Part shown: positions 1 through 14,125 of the stretch, piece by piece
How the letters are laid out: the number at the start of each line of letters is the position of its first letter
Position numbering within the stretch: the stretch's first letter is position 1
DNA from: Octopus sinensis
Lineage: Eukaryota
DNA: 64,000 bases
Direction: 5' to 3'
Assembly (NCBI RefSeq): GCF_006345805.1
Contig: NC_042999.1
Span: 104,222,001-104,286,000, forward strand
The notes under the pieces: model-generated
The model's input: the letters and a program-made list of their open reading frames with translations, nothing else
Database searches by the model: none
What the model was told of the DNA's origin: nothing
Position numbers and translations under genes: made by a program

Positions 1-944
1 CACCTTCCTCATTTATAATTCTTTTCATGGTCACTTTTCCCTACTAGTATAGGTCATACTAAACTTAATGAAGCAGATTTTCTTCAGCTGGATGTTCTTT
101 CTGTTGTTAATCTGTTTCCAATTAAGGTAATATTTTCCTAATCTTTCAAAACCATGATCAGTTCAATGGTTAATAGACTGTTACTAATCCTTTCTATCAT
201 TGGAACAAAACCTGAATTTTTTTGTGGTGGGGATGATCGATTACATTGACCCTGTACTCAATTAGTACTTATTTTATTGGCCTTGAAAGGATGACCTCAG
301 TGGAATTTGAACTCAGAATATAAGGACAGACAAAATGCAACTAAGCATTTTGCCTGGTGTGCTAATGATTCTGCCAACTCACCACCTTCATAGATTGTTA
401 ATAATGATGCTGTTTGTATGGATGAAGATGTTTTCTTGCAGTGCACAAACAATGCCAAAAGGAAAGGATGATACAAATTCTTCCAAACTCAAACTAACAC
501 ACACACACATACACACTCATATAGTAGAAGACTCATGCTCAGAGTGCCATGTGGTGAGACTGACCTATGAACAATGAGGTCGGGAAGCAAACTTCTTGCC
601 CCATGTGATGAACTTCTAATAGTTTTTATCTTATAATTCCACTCACAATGCAGTAGTCATCCAAAGTTAGAATAGATAAAACATCTGTTCATACATGTGT
701 GTATGGTTATATACATACATATATACATACATACATGCACATATACATACATACATACATACATGCACACACACATATATGCATACATACATATATTCAT
801 GCATACAAATGTATGTACATACATGATGGCTGACCCCTCATTATCGAGTATGGCCATTGCACGAAGCTTTACTGCTATTGGTGCTGTGATCAAATGTGAC
901 TTTTTAGCCCAGCTAAAGATCTACAATACATACATACATGCATG

Positions 945-975
<31 letters not shown>

Positions 976-1061
976 TAATATTTGTTTTTATGTTGAGTTA
1001 TAATAAAGACACTTTTACATTAATCTGATGGGTTACTCTATACTTTTGTAGAGTACAAATT

Positions 1062-1195
1062 TATTATTCTTATACAAGAATGTTGTTGACAGTGACTTTG
1101 CAGTTTCGACCAGCTAAGCCATCATCTGATGATTGTTTAGCTGGCCAAAACTTCGAAGTCACTCTCAACAATAACATTCTTGTATAAGAATAATA
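1062..1195. repeat. 134-bp imperfect palindrome (foldback)
   Basis: Arms tattattcttatacaagaatgttgttgacagtgac / gtcactctcaacaataacattcttgtataagaataata, centred on atcatc-t-gatgat. Confidence 0.9.
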
Positions 1196-1254
1196 TATAT
1201 ATATATAAATATACATACACACACGTGTGTGCGATGGCATGCACACACACACAC

Positions 1255-1720
1255 ATATTGATTCAGACATACAAATGTACCAATACAGCAAACTAGACAC
1301 CCATAGCTTAACAGTAGGGCTTAAATGGAACTACTTGCAAACAAAATATAAGCAGTTTGAAAACATAGCACCAGGCCAAATAGAGGTGGGTAGCAATGGA
1401 TTCAAGGAGATAAAGAAGTATGTTGACTTAGGGCACACAGTGAAAATGTGTCAAGACAGAGCAGAGTGAAAAACTTGACTGAAGAATATTAAAAGTACAT
1501 GCTCCACAGGGATGGCCATGTCACAAGGTTTACAGACAACAGGTGGACATTGGAAGTTGCTAAGTGTTATTCAAGAGATTGGAAAAGGCTTCTTGGAAGG
1601 CTTCCACGATGATGGGAAGATGATTTAGTTAAATGATTTTGGCTAAGATGGAAAAGAATGGTACAATTAAGAAAGAATTGGAAGTGCGTTTTGATTGGTA
1701 GTGAATAACAAAATCCGACA
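1255..1720 (+). mobile_element. Ancient RTE LINE fragment
   Basis: GLKWNYLQTKY...KYVDLG; DGHVTRFTDNRWT...RDWKRLLGRLPR*WEDDL. Confidence 0.6.
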
Positions 1721-2137
1721 GTCTGGTTGATATGCATGCATGCATGTATGTTTGAGAGAACACATATTCTGCATGAAGAACCTAAGTGTGCTGCTTGAAA
1801 GTGCACTGTTGGTGTAGTGAATGGGGCAAGCTTGGTTTGCAATGTTTGCAGTCATGTATGCTTATCAAGAGCAGAGCAACGGAGCTGCAGATGCAAAATA
1901 TAAGTTAGTCCTAGAGTGCACAATGTTCCTGAAGGTCAGCAATGGTCTTGCTTGGTCACAAGTGGACAGCCACCATCATGTAGCCACAGGAGTAGATGTG
2001 TGGTAAGTAGCTTGCTTACCAACTACATGGTTCTGGGTTCAGTCCCACTGTGTGGCACCTTAGGCAAGTGTCTTCTACTATAGCCTTGGGCTGACCAAAG
2101 CCTTGTGAAACTGAAAGAAGCCCGTCATATATATGTA

Positions 2138-2219
<82 letters not shown>

Positions 2220-2337
2220 ATATGTATGTATGTGTGTATGTGTGTGTATATGTTTGTGTGTCTGTGTTTGTCCCTAGAAGTATTTTAATTGATTGTGGTT
2301 TTTAAGGGCAGGAGAATGCTTACAAGTGTATGAAAAA

Positions 2338-2374
<37 letters not shown>

Positions 2375-5300
2375 TGTGTGTGTGTTTGTGTGAGTTATAC
2401 CTTATAAATTTTTTAAAACAGCATATGGACAATTGGTACTACCTCTGTGGATGCCTAGGGGTCTGCTGATTTCAGTTTGGGAACTACTGCATTAAGCCCA
2501 ACCTTTTCTCACCTAGTTTGACTATCTAGTAGACTGAGGTTGTTGTTAAGCTGAATGGTAAAGTATGAAAAAATTTTAAAAAAACATAAGCTTAGGTCAA
2601 AAATTTTAGATCTGTAGTTTAAGGTTGTAACTACTCAAAATTAGTGACTATGTTTTGTCTTTACATTGTACAATTTTAAGTAACCAAGGAATTCAAGAGG
2701 AGGTAATCAACATTCCAAGGTTTACTTAGCTATAGAGTTCTTGTCCAAAATTATCAGATGCTACAGAAACAAATCTCTAAAACTTGACCCACAATGGTTG
2801 AAGTATTACAATAAATTTTCCTATTGAACAAGTAAGGAGATCATGTTTAAACAGGTTGATCTCTAAACATAAGAAGGGAAGAGAGAAAGAATGAGAGAGA
2901 AAGAGAGAGGGGAGAGGGAGAAAGAAAGAGAAAATGGTAGTGTATATGCAGATTAAAGAGAAAGAAAGAGTGTATGTGAATGCATATGAAAGAGAGAGAG
3001 AGAGGGGGAGAAGGAGAAAGAAAGAGAAAATAATAGTGTACATTCAGATTAAAGAGAAAGAAGGAGCGCATGTGTATGCATATGAAAGAGAGAGAGAGAG
3101 AGAGCGTGGGGGGTATATGAATAAGACAGAGTGTGTGTGTGTGTGTGTGTATGTGTGTGTATGTGTGTGTGGAGGGGTATATGAATAAGAAAGGGAGATA
3201 GAATGTGTATATGTGTGTGTATGGATCAATGAATGTATGTGTTTGTAACAAAGAAAGAGCGACAGGGAGAGAAAGAGTAAAAGAGAAAAAGAATGAGGAT
3301 GAGATAGAGAAAGATTTAGTGAGATTATATCTGTAAATACCTCTATTCTTTTATTGATTATATTTCTTCCTTTATACTTGCCCCACTTCAATAAGCTTTT
3401 ATTTTAGCTGAGGTTAAATTCCTTTCTAACAATGGTTAAAGAGTTTAAGAGTCAAAGGTCAGGATATCTGGAGATAAACTACTAGAATTTCAAGGGAGTA
3501 GTCAGTGACTAGCACTAGCAAGAGTCAACTGGCAGTAAAAACTGCTTTTGTCATTGTTTCTTTGCTCCAGGTCACTTTATAATTAAAGGTGTTCTAACTG
3601 TAACCATTCTAGTTTAATTTTAAGACAGTTAGGTATGATTTGAGGGAAATTTAATTTCACTGCTATTTCTACTGATTGAGTAGCTACCATGTAGAGAGAT
3701 CTTCTTCATTGGCTCTGTAAAAAAGAATTTGACATGGAGACAAAGGTATAGTGTTCTCCTGTCTGGATTGAAATGAATATCTAGATCTCATATGTACATT
3801 TTCAGCAATTATGGTTTTGGTCCTCTGCAATGACACAAGTTTCTTTCATCAATTCAGATATAATATTTGCTATTTCAGAACTTTTCAGATTAAAATCAGT
3901 CTTTTTTGTATTGTTTGTTCTTTTCCTTCTTCTTTCATTTATCCTCTCACACCTTTACTTTTCCCCACTGCTTTCACTTTTGATCTGTATCTTTGCAAAA
4001 GGAGACAAGTTTACAAGGACATATTGTTTAAAAATCTTGTAGTAAAAGTCTCTGGAGGTGAAATATTAATTTTTGGAAACATAAGACGAGTGTGTGTGTG
4101 TGTGTGTGTGTTACTAAAAGGACTGGTAGAATTGGTTGAGTAGTATATAGAATACCTGTATTTCACAATCTGAGTTCAAATCCCTCTGAGGTCAGTTTTG
4201 CTTTTCATCCTAATGGGGTCAATGAAATAAAGTACCACTCATATTGTGTGTGGAGAATCAACCACCTATTTCTTCTCCAAAATTTATGCCCTTACATAAT
4301 TATCAAAAAATTCATTATTATATCTTATTAATGGTGGTGGACTGACAGAATCAGCAGAGTGGACAAAATACTTTGCTCTATATCATTTATGTCGCTTCAC
4401 ATTTTGATTTCAAATCCTGCCGAGGTCAACTTTGTTCTATCCTATAAGATCAATGAAATAAAGAACAAATTAGGTTCTGAGTTCAATTTAATTGACTATA
4501 CCTCCCACTAAAAAATTTGCAACCTTGTGGCCTATATTAGAAATCATCATCATACTTTGCTAAATATGCAATTCTTTGAAAGCTTGGGAAAAGAAATAGA
4601 AGTAGTACCCTCCCAGTGGTGGGGTACCTGATTGTGGACCTCACTAAACCATTACATGGTTGCTATTACTTAATCAGAATGTAGTTGGCATATGCAAAGG
4701 GCTTAGGTAAGGCTATGGTTGAGCACTTTATACCTTGTATATATCAAGTTGTCCTGAATCCAATCCATTATATATATCTAGTGTTTTAGGTATCTCCATA
4801 TGACAAAGATCCCCTTATGTCACACTCTCTGACCACTTTGATCCTGGGCTTGAAAATATACTTTAGATTTGGAGAAAAATATCAATTATTTTAATATACT
4901 CTTTTAATTGTTTCAGTAATTTGACTGTGGCTATGCTGGAGCACCACCTTTAGTCAAGCAAATCGACCCCAGGACTTATTCTTTGTTAGCCTAGTACTTA
5001 TTCTATCGGTCTCTTTTGCCGAACCACTAAGTTACAGGGACATATACACACCACCATCAGTTGTCAAGCGATGTTGGGTTGGGGGGACAAACAGAGACAC
5101 ACAAACATATACACACACACACATATATATATATACATATATACGATAGGCTTCTTTCAGTTTCCATCTACAAAATCCACTCACAAAGCTTCGGTTGGCC
5201 CAAGGCTATAGTAGAAGAAACTTGCCCAAGGTGCCACGTAGTGGGACTGAACCTGGAACCATGTGGTTTGTAAGCAAGCTACTTACCACACAGCCACTCC

Positions 5301-5630
5301 TATATTATTTTAACAAGGCCACAAGCATTGCAAAGAGGAAGCATAGATGCTTAAATCAACTTCTATACTTGACCCATGTACTATATTTTATTGAATCTGG
5401 AAGGATAAAAAGACAAAACTAATTTGGGCAACACTAGGAACTTAGAGGAAAAGGGATATTATTAAACAAGTCAATTAATTTTCCCTGATTCTACTGCTCT
5501 ATCACACTAAGAATCATCATTCTAAGGACAAAGCACAGTCTATGAATCTGGTAAGGCATACACCATGTGGATGTTGAATGGAAATTTATAGGTTTCGCCA
5601 TAAAAATCAATGAATATAGAAGTTTGTACT

Positions 5631-5858
5631 TTAACCCTGTAGCATTCAGGTTACTCTGTCAATTGTAATGATTATTTATTCATATTCTTTTGAATTAATC
5701 ATACACTTCCTTATAGCTTTGAGATTTCAACATTAAGACTGATTATTTTTATAATGACATTATAAGGTAGGTGAGAGGGGCTGAATCTAGCTGGTTTGAA
5801 TTTAAAACAGGTAAGATGTTTTGGCTGGATATGGTTGGTTTAAATGCTAAAGGTTTAA
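5631..5858. mobile_element. piggyBac-type MITE
   Basis: TTAA at both ends; imperfect TIR ccctgtagcatt / aatgctaaaggt. Confidence 0.7.
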
Positions 5859-8396
5859 GGTCTTATAACAGGAATGCTGTAATAAATAGTGATTTTTAAG
5901 GGCTCTATTAATAGAGTTAGTTTTGTCTTTGGCTACTTTAATCAAAAGCTAGGTTGTGATGAGTTTATTCACTGTATTTTTAATATTTACTGTTAATATT
6001 CTCGCACCCATCAGTGTGAATAAGATGCAGTCTCCCTTGGCTTGCTTAAAAGTACAGTGACTTTGAATAAGAACTGATTCAGACTGTGACAACCCCACTA
6101 ACCCACGCCAGTATGTAAAGTGGATATGAATGAATGATGATGATGATGAAAAGGAAGACAAGGACGAGAATTGAAAAAGAAGAAGAAAGAGGAGGAGAAG
6201 GAGAAGGAGGAAGAGGAGGAAGTGGAGGGCTGGTAGAATAAAATAGAGTTGCAGGAAAGTGTTTTGATGTAGTTAATGACATCTCTTTACATTCCAAGTT
6301 CAAATATTGCCATGGTTGACTTTGTCTTCTTACCCTTCCAAGGTCAATAGAATAAAGTAGCAGTCAAGTTGAGAGGTTGGTTTAATCACCCATACTCCAC
6401 TTATCTCTACAAAGGTTCATGGCCTTTAGCAAAATTAACATTTCCTCCTCTCTAAAGTCCTTATTACAACACTATTATAGTTAAATCCAGCACTAAATTT
6501 CAATGAAATACTCAATGAGTGATGTGTTGTTTATTCACCTGTCCTCAGCTTTGTTTACTCTGACCACAGTAACTGATTTCTGAATTATATTATAGAAAAA
6601 TCACATATTTGTCACTAAGGAATTTGCAGTCAGTTGAATTAACCTCAATATATTACCCTGTACTTTTCTGAGCCACAAGGAAACCTCATCAGATTCACTC
6701 ACACTGCTAGAAATAGCACCTAAATTTTCCCCAAATCATACACTATAGTCTAAAATAAGAAAAAAAAAGCAGCTGGGAATAATGTAGTTTTATAGCTATA
6801 TAAAATAACTTGATGGTTACTGGTGGAAAGCTTTTGGTCATAGATTTGTTCGACTGAGGTTAGCCAATGTTCATCCACCAGAGTGATGAGGATCACCTAG
6901 TCATCCTGAAGGGTGACTGATGTGTCTGTTTAAAGTAAAGAAGTATTATGCACTATCAGCTTCACTCTTTCGTCTGTGGTCATCTTCAATCCATCCACCA
7001 GCAAGACCAGGTCAAGATATCTGGGGATGGAGACAGATGCAGGAGATGAACAAGCTGTCTCACTTGTCTCATCTTGCTCTCTGCACTCCACAATGTGTTG
7101 CTGAAGCCATCTTTCTTTCCGTGAAACCACGAATGTTTCTTCTGCAAAGTCTGCCAGATCCCGTCTTCACATGCAAGCCCCTAACATTCAAATTAACTCA
7201 TAGCTGGGGCCTAAACAGGTGTTGTTATTTCAGGTCAGAGTAGACCTGGGACCAACAGTTGTTAAGAGGTGGTTCCATCCCTCAAAGTCCTGGAACGCCT
7301 GAACCAGGGCACCACTACTGGATCCAGTTTAAAGCCATACCCAGGACAATAACAATAGCAACAACAATAGCTGGTACTTATTTCCATTGACTCAAGATAA
7401 ATAAAAGGTAAAGTTAAACCTAGTGGAATTTGTAAATAGTGTACCACATCTATTGTGACATTCTACTACAATTCCTAATTTCTAACTTACTAAAAATTCT
7501 TGCTAGCCAGGAAACATTGCATTGACACTCACATACACATATGGAGATCCCAGGCCCCACATTCCTTATACTCAATCCTTCCTTCTCAGAACACCAGCCC
7601 CCTAGAATTCCATTCTTGCTCATGTCTTACACATAGGTGCTGATTATCAGGGCTGATCTCACTGCTGTTGAAGGTCCATTGCTATTACTCCTTCCTCCAG
7701 ATCCAGCAAATAAAACAGACACATACATGCTCAGACACAAACACACACAAATATGCACCTATGCATATTTAAACTCCTCCTCTTGCATTTCTGAAAATCT
7801 TGCTATCATAAAATATTTCCATAACATGAAATGTTATGTAATTAACATAACAAAAAATGATGGGATGGTGATGGATGGAATATTTTTAATCATAGATTTG
7901 CTTAATTAGGGATTAACCAGAAAATAAACAACAACAACAAAAACAACAATCACATCCTTCTCTTTCCTTCTGAAAAATGCATCTCTCTGCTCTGGACCAT
8001 CTTTCCAGCCCCCTATCTTCCTTATGGACACCTGCCAACAGAAATCAAAGTCAAACATCAACCTCACCACTCTTACAATGTCAACAAAATTACAGAAACT
8101 GCCTCTCTTTCTTGCACATCATCATAATCATCATAATTATTGTCATTTAAGATCCACTTTACAATGCCAGCATGGGTCAGACAGAATTTGATGAGGTTGC
8201 TTTTCCATGGTTGGATGCCTTCCCTGTTCCCCCAAAAGATAATATTACCCGTGGCCATATAGCTTGCTTACCAATCACATGGTTCCAGGTTCAGTCCCAC
8301 TGCATGGCACCTAGGGCAAGTGTCTTCTACTATAACTTCAAGCTGACCAAAGCCTTGTGAGTGGATATTGTAGATGGAAACTGAAAGAAGCCTGTC

Positions 8397-8427
<31 letters not shown>

Positions 8428-9884
8428 CATGTATATGTGTATATATGTTTGTGTGTCTGTGTTTGTCCCCTCAACATCACTTCACAAGTGATGCTGGTGT
8501 GCTTACTAGGATAGGTACTAGGCTTACAAAGAATAAGTCCTGGGGTCGATTTGCTCGACTAAAGGCGGTGCTCCAGCATGGTCACAATCAAATGACTGAA
8601 ACAATTAAAAGAATAAAGAATAGTAGAAAATACTTGACCAAGGTGCCACACAGTGGGAATGAACCCAAAATTATATATTTGGAAATCAAGCATCTTAACC
8701 ATACAAGTTATTTTGTTTTAAGTCTTTGAAACAGGTGTGTGAGAGAGGGAGTGCATGAGAGGAAGTGACTCTTATTCTGAGACTGAAGATCTGGGTCTAA
8801 ATGCTTGTTACACAATGGTCTTCACTAAAAGCATGCAAGGACCAGACAGTAGTTGTGGTGGTAGGAATAAACTAGTGGATGGATTAAATTGCAAAATTGC
8901 TTTGATTTGCAATTACAATGACTTTGATATTAATGAAAATGCAAATAAGCTGCAGTGGAAGAGAGAGAGAGACAGAGACAGAGAGTGAGAGAGAGAGAGA
9001 GAAAATCTGGTGTAAGAGGCACAAACATAAAAAAAGGCTAAGTGACCAGATCATCATTAGACATGACGGAACAAGCTGTAGTTTTAAATACATGTGTGGA
9101 GAGTTAATGATAGAGCTTCCATGGTCACCAATTCTCTCAGTAACAGCTTAATCTCACAAAAATTTCAACCTACCATGTTAAGGAAAAAGATGTAGTCATC
9201 ATCGTCGTCGTCGTCATCATCATTATCATCATCATCATCAACATTTCATGTCCCTTTTTACATGCTGGCATGGGTTGGACAGCTTGACAAGAATGGGTAA
9301 AGCCAAGGGTGGCACCAGGTTCCATAGTCTGTTTTGGCTTGGTCTCTACAGCAGAATGCCTTATCTAATGCCTACCACTTTACATAGTGTACTGGGTGCT
9401 TTTTATGTGGCACCATCACCAGTTCATTTTAAGCAGTGCCAGCATCAGTGCTTTTTACATAGCAGCAGCACCAGTGCTGGATATGTATATGTATAAAAAA
9501 GACAGGATGATTATGGTTGAAATACCTTTGATCATAGGTCTGGTTGGTAAGAGTTGACCTGGAGCAAAATAACAGCAACGAGAATCACAAGGAAAATGAC
9601 TGAAATGTAAAGTATTGGAATAAATGTCCTTGTAACACTTAGTTATGTCCTTTTATTACTCTGCCTTTTGTCATTCTTTTCTACTCTAGGCCCAACATTT
9701 TAGTTGATTAGATTGACCTCAGTAAACTACTGGTATTTAATTTATTGACCCCAAAAAGATGAAAGGCAAAGTTGACCTTGGTGGAATTTGAACTCAGAAT
9801 GTAAAGACAGACGAAATACCGCTAAGCATTTCACCTGCTAATGTTTCTGCCAGCTTGTCGCCTTAAATATAATAGTAGCCATAT

Positions 9885-10105
9885 ATTCTTTTCTACTCTA
9901 GGCACAAGACTCGAAATGTTGGGGGCAGGGGCCAGTTGATTAGATCGACCCCAGTACACAATTGGTACCTAATTTATCGACCTTGAAAGAATGAAAGGCA
10001 AAGTCGACCTCGGTTGAATTTGAACTCAGAACGTAACGGCAGACGAAATACCGATAAGCATTTCGCCCAGCGTGCTAACATTTCTGCCAGCTCACCGCCT
10101 TTGCC
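9885..10105 (-). mobile_element. tRNA-derived SINE family C with Meta/MESC-like central domain
   Basis: Minus strand ggcggtgagctggcagaaa...gagttcaaatt...gtcgactttgcctttcattctttcaaggtcgataaattaggtacc. Other copies at about 190-385, 4150-4545, 6270-6400, 9680-9865, 18238-18432, 19538-19755, 19790-20012, 20038-20250, 20640-20820, 32330-32640, 51380-51480. Confidence 0.85.
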
Positions 10106-10156
10106 TTTTGTCATTCTGGGTATAAAATAAATACTTACCCATTATATAAAAATTAG

Positions 10157-10377
10157 TTAACCATTTTGCTACCATATTTCTGTTGAGATGCTCTGTGTGT
10201 CTTTCAATTAATTTTAAATATAAAGAATTTAGTAAAATAATTTAGTTATCATTAAGCTAGTGTTAGGAACATAAATTGTGACTAAAGTTTAGTGGAAGAT
10301 TTTAATTCAAAACTTATGGAAACAAAACATTTGTATTACAGAGTCAGTTTCAGCCAGGTTGGTAATGAAAGGGTTAA
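10157..10377. mobile_element. piggyBac-type MITE (second family)
   Basis: TTAAccattttgctacca ... tggtaatgaaagggTTAA. Confidence 0.7.
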
Positions 10378-13336
10378 GCAATTTGAGAGTACAAGAATTC
10401 TTCTCTCAACAGGACACCAATCTGTTGAAGAGCTGAACTCCCAGCTATAGCTAGAAATCATTTTCAGCTAAAGTAATGTGAAATGAAGTGCCTTACTGCC
10501 CAGCCTCAGAATGGAACTCATGAAATCAACGACCAAACATCTGTGCCACATACCTTCAAATTAGTTATATAGTGTGGTTAATTCAATAGACTTTATTCTT
10601 TCTTTGTATGAATTTGTGACTTTGAGTCAAAAAATATAAATAAATTAGTATTATATACATATGCACATTACTTTAGCAGGTTCAGTTCTACTGTGTGGCA
10701 TCTTAGGCAAGTGTCTTCTAGTATAGCTCAAGCCCAAGTTTGACCCATGCCTTCTGAGTAAATTTATTAGACAGAAACTGTATGAAAACTCATTACACGC
10801 ATGCACGCACACACACACACACATACAGAGCAAATTGATGAAGGATGATGGCTTTACATAACTTTATTAAAGGTTACAATCATTCCAGTAGCTAGTGAGA
10901 TTATTTCATAAATTCATACATTGGTTTGTACATATATAAAATTATGTAAATCCATGTATTAATTAATTAATTAATTAGGTTACCACCAGACATCTCGTCA
11001 GACCACGTAAAGTTATTACAATATGTGTTGAGAGTTTCCAACAAATATATTTATAGATGTTTGGTTGCAGAATATCCAAGTTATAAACTGAACAGCAAGT
11101 GTTCACCCCAATGGAGCAAGGAGCCATATCAGATTACTTTCTTTAATCTTGTACAAACTCGCTGGTGCCACAATCTCTGACAGATCAAGAGGTCATCGAG
11201 TTTATTGTATGCATGTGTGGTGATTGAGAGAGATCAGATTTCAAAGTGATAGTTTTTTACTGCGACAATTTAAGAAGTTCCAGTAACAAGAGTAATAATA
11301 GTATAAAGAAAAATTAATACAGAGACGAGGATTGAAAGGAAATAAAATTAATGAAAAACAAGAGGAGGTGTTGTTAGAATGGAGGCACAAAATAAATTGA
11401 TGCATGTCTCTGTGATCAGGTTTAAATAATACTGGACCACCTACGATTTAAGTGAAATTAAATTAGATACAGTTGTTAAGAATTAAATTAGGTATGTTAG
11501 TTAAGAAGTGAGTGATTGGTTGGTTACATAAGAAATAAATCAAGCAGGAGGTAAGAGAATTAATATGGTAAGAACATTATCATTAATATTAGTTGAAGTA
11601 AGGTAAGTTCATCATCATCATCATCGTTTAACGTCTGCTTTCCATGCTAGCATGGGTTGGACGATTTGACTGAGGACTGGTGAACCAGATGGCTGCACCA
11701 GGCTCCAATCTGATCTGGCAGAGTTTCTACAGCTGGATGCCCTTCCTAATGCCAACCACTCCAAGAGTGTAGTGGGTGCTTTTACGTGCCATCGGCATGA
11801 GGGCCTGTCAGGTGGTACTGGCAACAGCTCTGCTCAAATGGTGTTTTTCATGTGCTACCTGCACAGGAACCAGTCCAGCGGCACTGGCAATGACCAGGAA
11901 TGTAAAATGTTTAATCGGAAATTTTATGAAAGTTTTATTAAATAAGTGGGAATAATGGATCAATAAATCATTATGCTTACTAATTAAATTAGACGTACAT
12001 TTAAGAATCCCGATGCTTCTATCAAGCACCTCCATATGAAAATAACAACAAGAAGAATCATAATATGTATGGTAGATAAGGAAATCAATATTTTTCTTCT
12101 TAAAGTTCTAGATGAGCCTAGCCAGAAAGCTTTTGTATTATAAGAGTGAATATAGTTATGTAACCTGAGCTTAAATTTGGAAGGTATCACTCTTAAGTAA
12201 TAATAGACTTTATAAGGTATTTTAACCAAGAATCTATATATTAAACTATTCCTCAGAAATTGGTCATTTAGAGGACATTTAACATGGTTCTTACAGTTAC
12301 ACATACTAGTAAGTTTCTTATGATATGAGGATTTTTTGATTAATTATTGTTAATGCTATTGTAATTAACAGTAAGAAATTAAATACTATTTGTAATAATA
12401 AATCGAAAAATTAAATATTATTCATTATGACATTATCATTGTTAATGTTTCTGCAATTAAAAGTAAGAAATTCAATGCTATAAGTAATGATATTTTAATT
12501 ATTCTGCAGTAAATACCAATCTAAGTTGGCTACAAATAATACATCTCTAAGTTAGTCTGTATCTTATGGCAAACTTCACATGTTGGGCATACAGGGGATT
12601 CACAATACCCCTATCTATGCAGGTCAGCCAATGTTCTATCATTGCTTGCTTTTAGCCTATTTGCTTATATCTGTTGCTTTCTAGTCAGATGACTGAAACC
12701 TAGCAGTGGTTCAGTGAGACTCCCAACTAAGTTCCCACCTCTGAAAGGGTGCTTCTTCCATTCATCTACCCAAGCTTGCTTTACATTGAAATTTTCTTTC
12801 ACTCATCATCATCGTTTAATATCTGCTTTCCATGCTAGCATGGGTTGGACGATTTGACTGAGGACTGGCGAACCAGATGGCTGCACCCAGCTCCAATCTG
12901 ATCTGGCAGTTTCTACAACTGGATGCCCTTCCTAATGCCAACCACAGAAATCTTTTCTTGGTTTTAGCCACAAAGTGGTGGGTACAGTTACTCACTGATA
13001 GGTTTATGGTCAAGCCTGTGGCAGTGGAAACCTTCAGCATTCTCAGCCTCTGAACCATATTCCTGCTCACTGCTATCAGGACAGAGATGGCTATCCACAA
13101 GTGCAAGCCTCATGTATTAGAGTGATTATTCCAACTCCCTCACCATCCTCTAGGACAACATTTCCATTTTGTCTGCTGGGACTATGAGGTGGTCTGAATT
13201 ACAGGAAATTGAGAGAATGTAAGAATTTCATAGTTCCATACTTGTCAAGTTTATTCTGAAGAGAAACTCATACATTGGACTTGATTGAAGTGATGCTGAA
13301 TTTCCATTGTTTTTTGTGTGTATTATTTTTTGCATT

Positions 13337-13640
13337 TGTGGAGGCGCAATGGCCCAGTGGTTAGGGCAGCGGACTTGCGGTCGGAGGATCGCGGTTTCGA
13401 TTCCCAGACCGGGCGATGTATGTGTTTATTGAGCGAAAACACCTAAAAAGCACCATGAGGCTCTGGCAGGGGGTGGTGGCAACCCCTGTTGTACTCTTTC
13501 GCCACAACTTTCTCTCACTCTCTTTTCCTGTTTTTTGAGTAACGCTGCGATGGACTGGCATCCTGTGCAGCTGGGGAGAACACATAAGCCACAGAAACCA
13601 GGAAACTGGGACCACGAGCCTGGCTAGGCTTGAAAAGATC
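13337..13640 (+). mobile_element. tRNA-derived SINE family D with V-SINE-like domain
   Basis: A-box tggcccagtggtt, B-box ggtttcgattcc, body gatggactggcatcctgt. Second copy with a head deletion at 50017-50270. Confidence 0.85.
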
Positions 13641-14023
13641 GACATTTATCATTTATCGGTATTTTTTGCATTTATAGAATCCAAGATGTGTTTGCTGTAT
13701 TTCAGTTTCACCGTTTGTTGAGTTGAGGAATGTCCACATTTGAGTGGCTATTTGTGTTTGTTCCAAGGGTGTAAGTTCAAATGTAACATTGTAAACACTC
13801 AGCCAGCTGGTCTTTTACATACTTAGATGAAGAGTAATAATACTATAAGGAAATATTTCAGCCTACCAATGAAACACCTGCAGCAGCAGCAGCAGTTTCT
13901 GTAGGAATTCACAGATCCATCCAAGCATTGCTGGCATAGGAATAAATCAGGTATAGAAATGTTCCCAAACATTAACATGAACAACATCATTATTACCAAA
14001 GCCCACCACCACCACCATCACCA

Positions 14024-14052
14024 TGATAATAATAATAATAATAATAATAATG

Positions 14053-14107
<55 letters not shown>

Positions 14108-14125
14108 CAACAACAATAATAATTT
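14024..14125. repeat. (AAT)n microsatellite
   Basis: Direct reading. Similar tracts at about 18482-18520, 19490-19538 and 30255-30315. Confidence 0.95.

Noticed and set aside
6930-7200. Coding-like stretch
   Set aside because: Faint resemblance to an RTE C-terminus; too decayed to call. The same applies to 23770-24000 and 54640-54970.
12985-13120. Possible minus-strand exon ending ATCA|gtgagt
   Set aside because: No convincing acceptor and no recognisable protein.
13337-13415. tRNA-like sequence with A and B boxes
   Set aside because: It continues into a SINE body also found at 50017, so it is a SINE head, not a tRNA gene.
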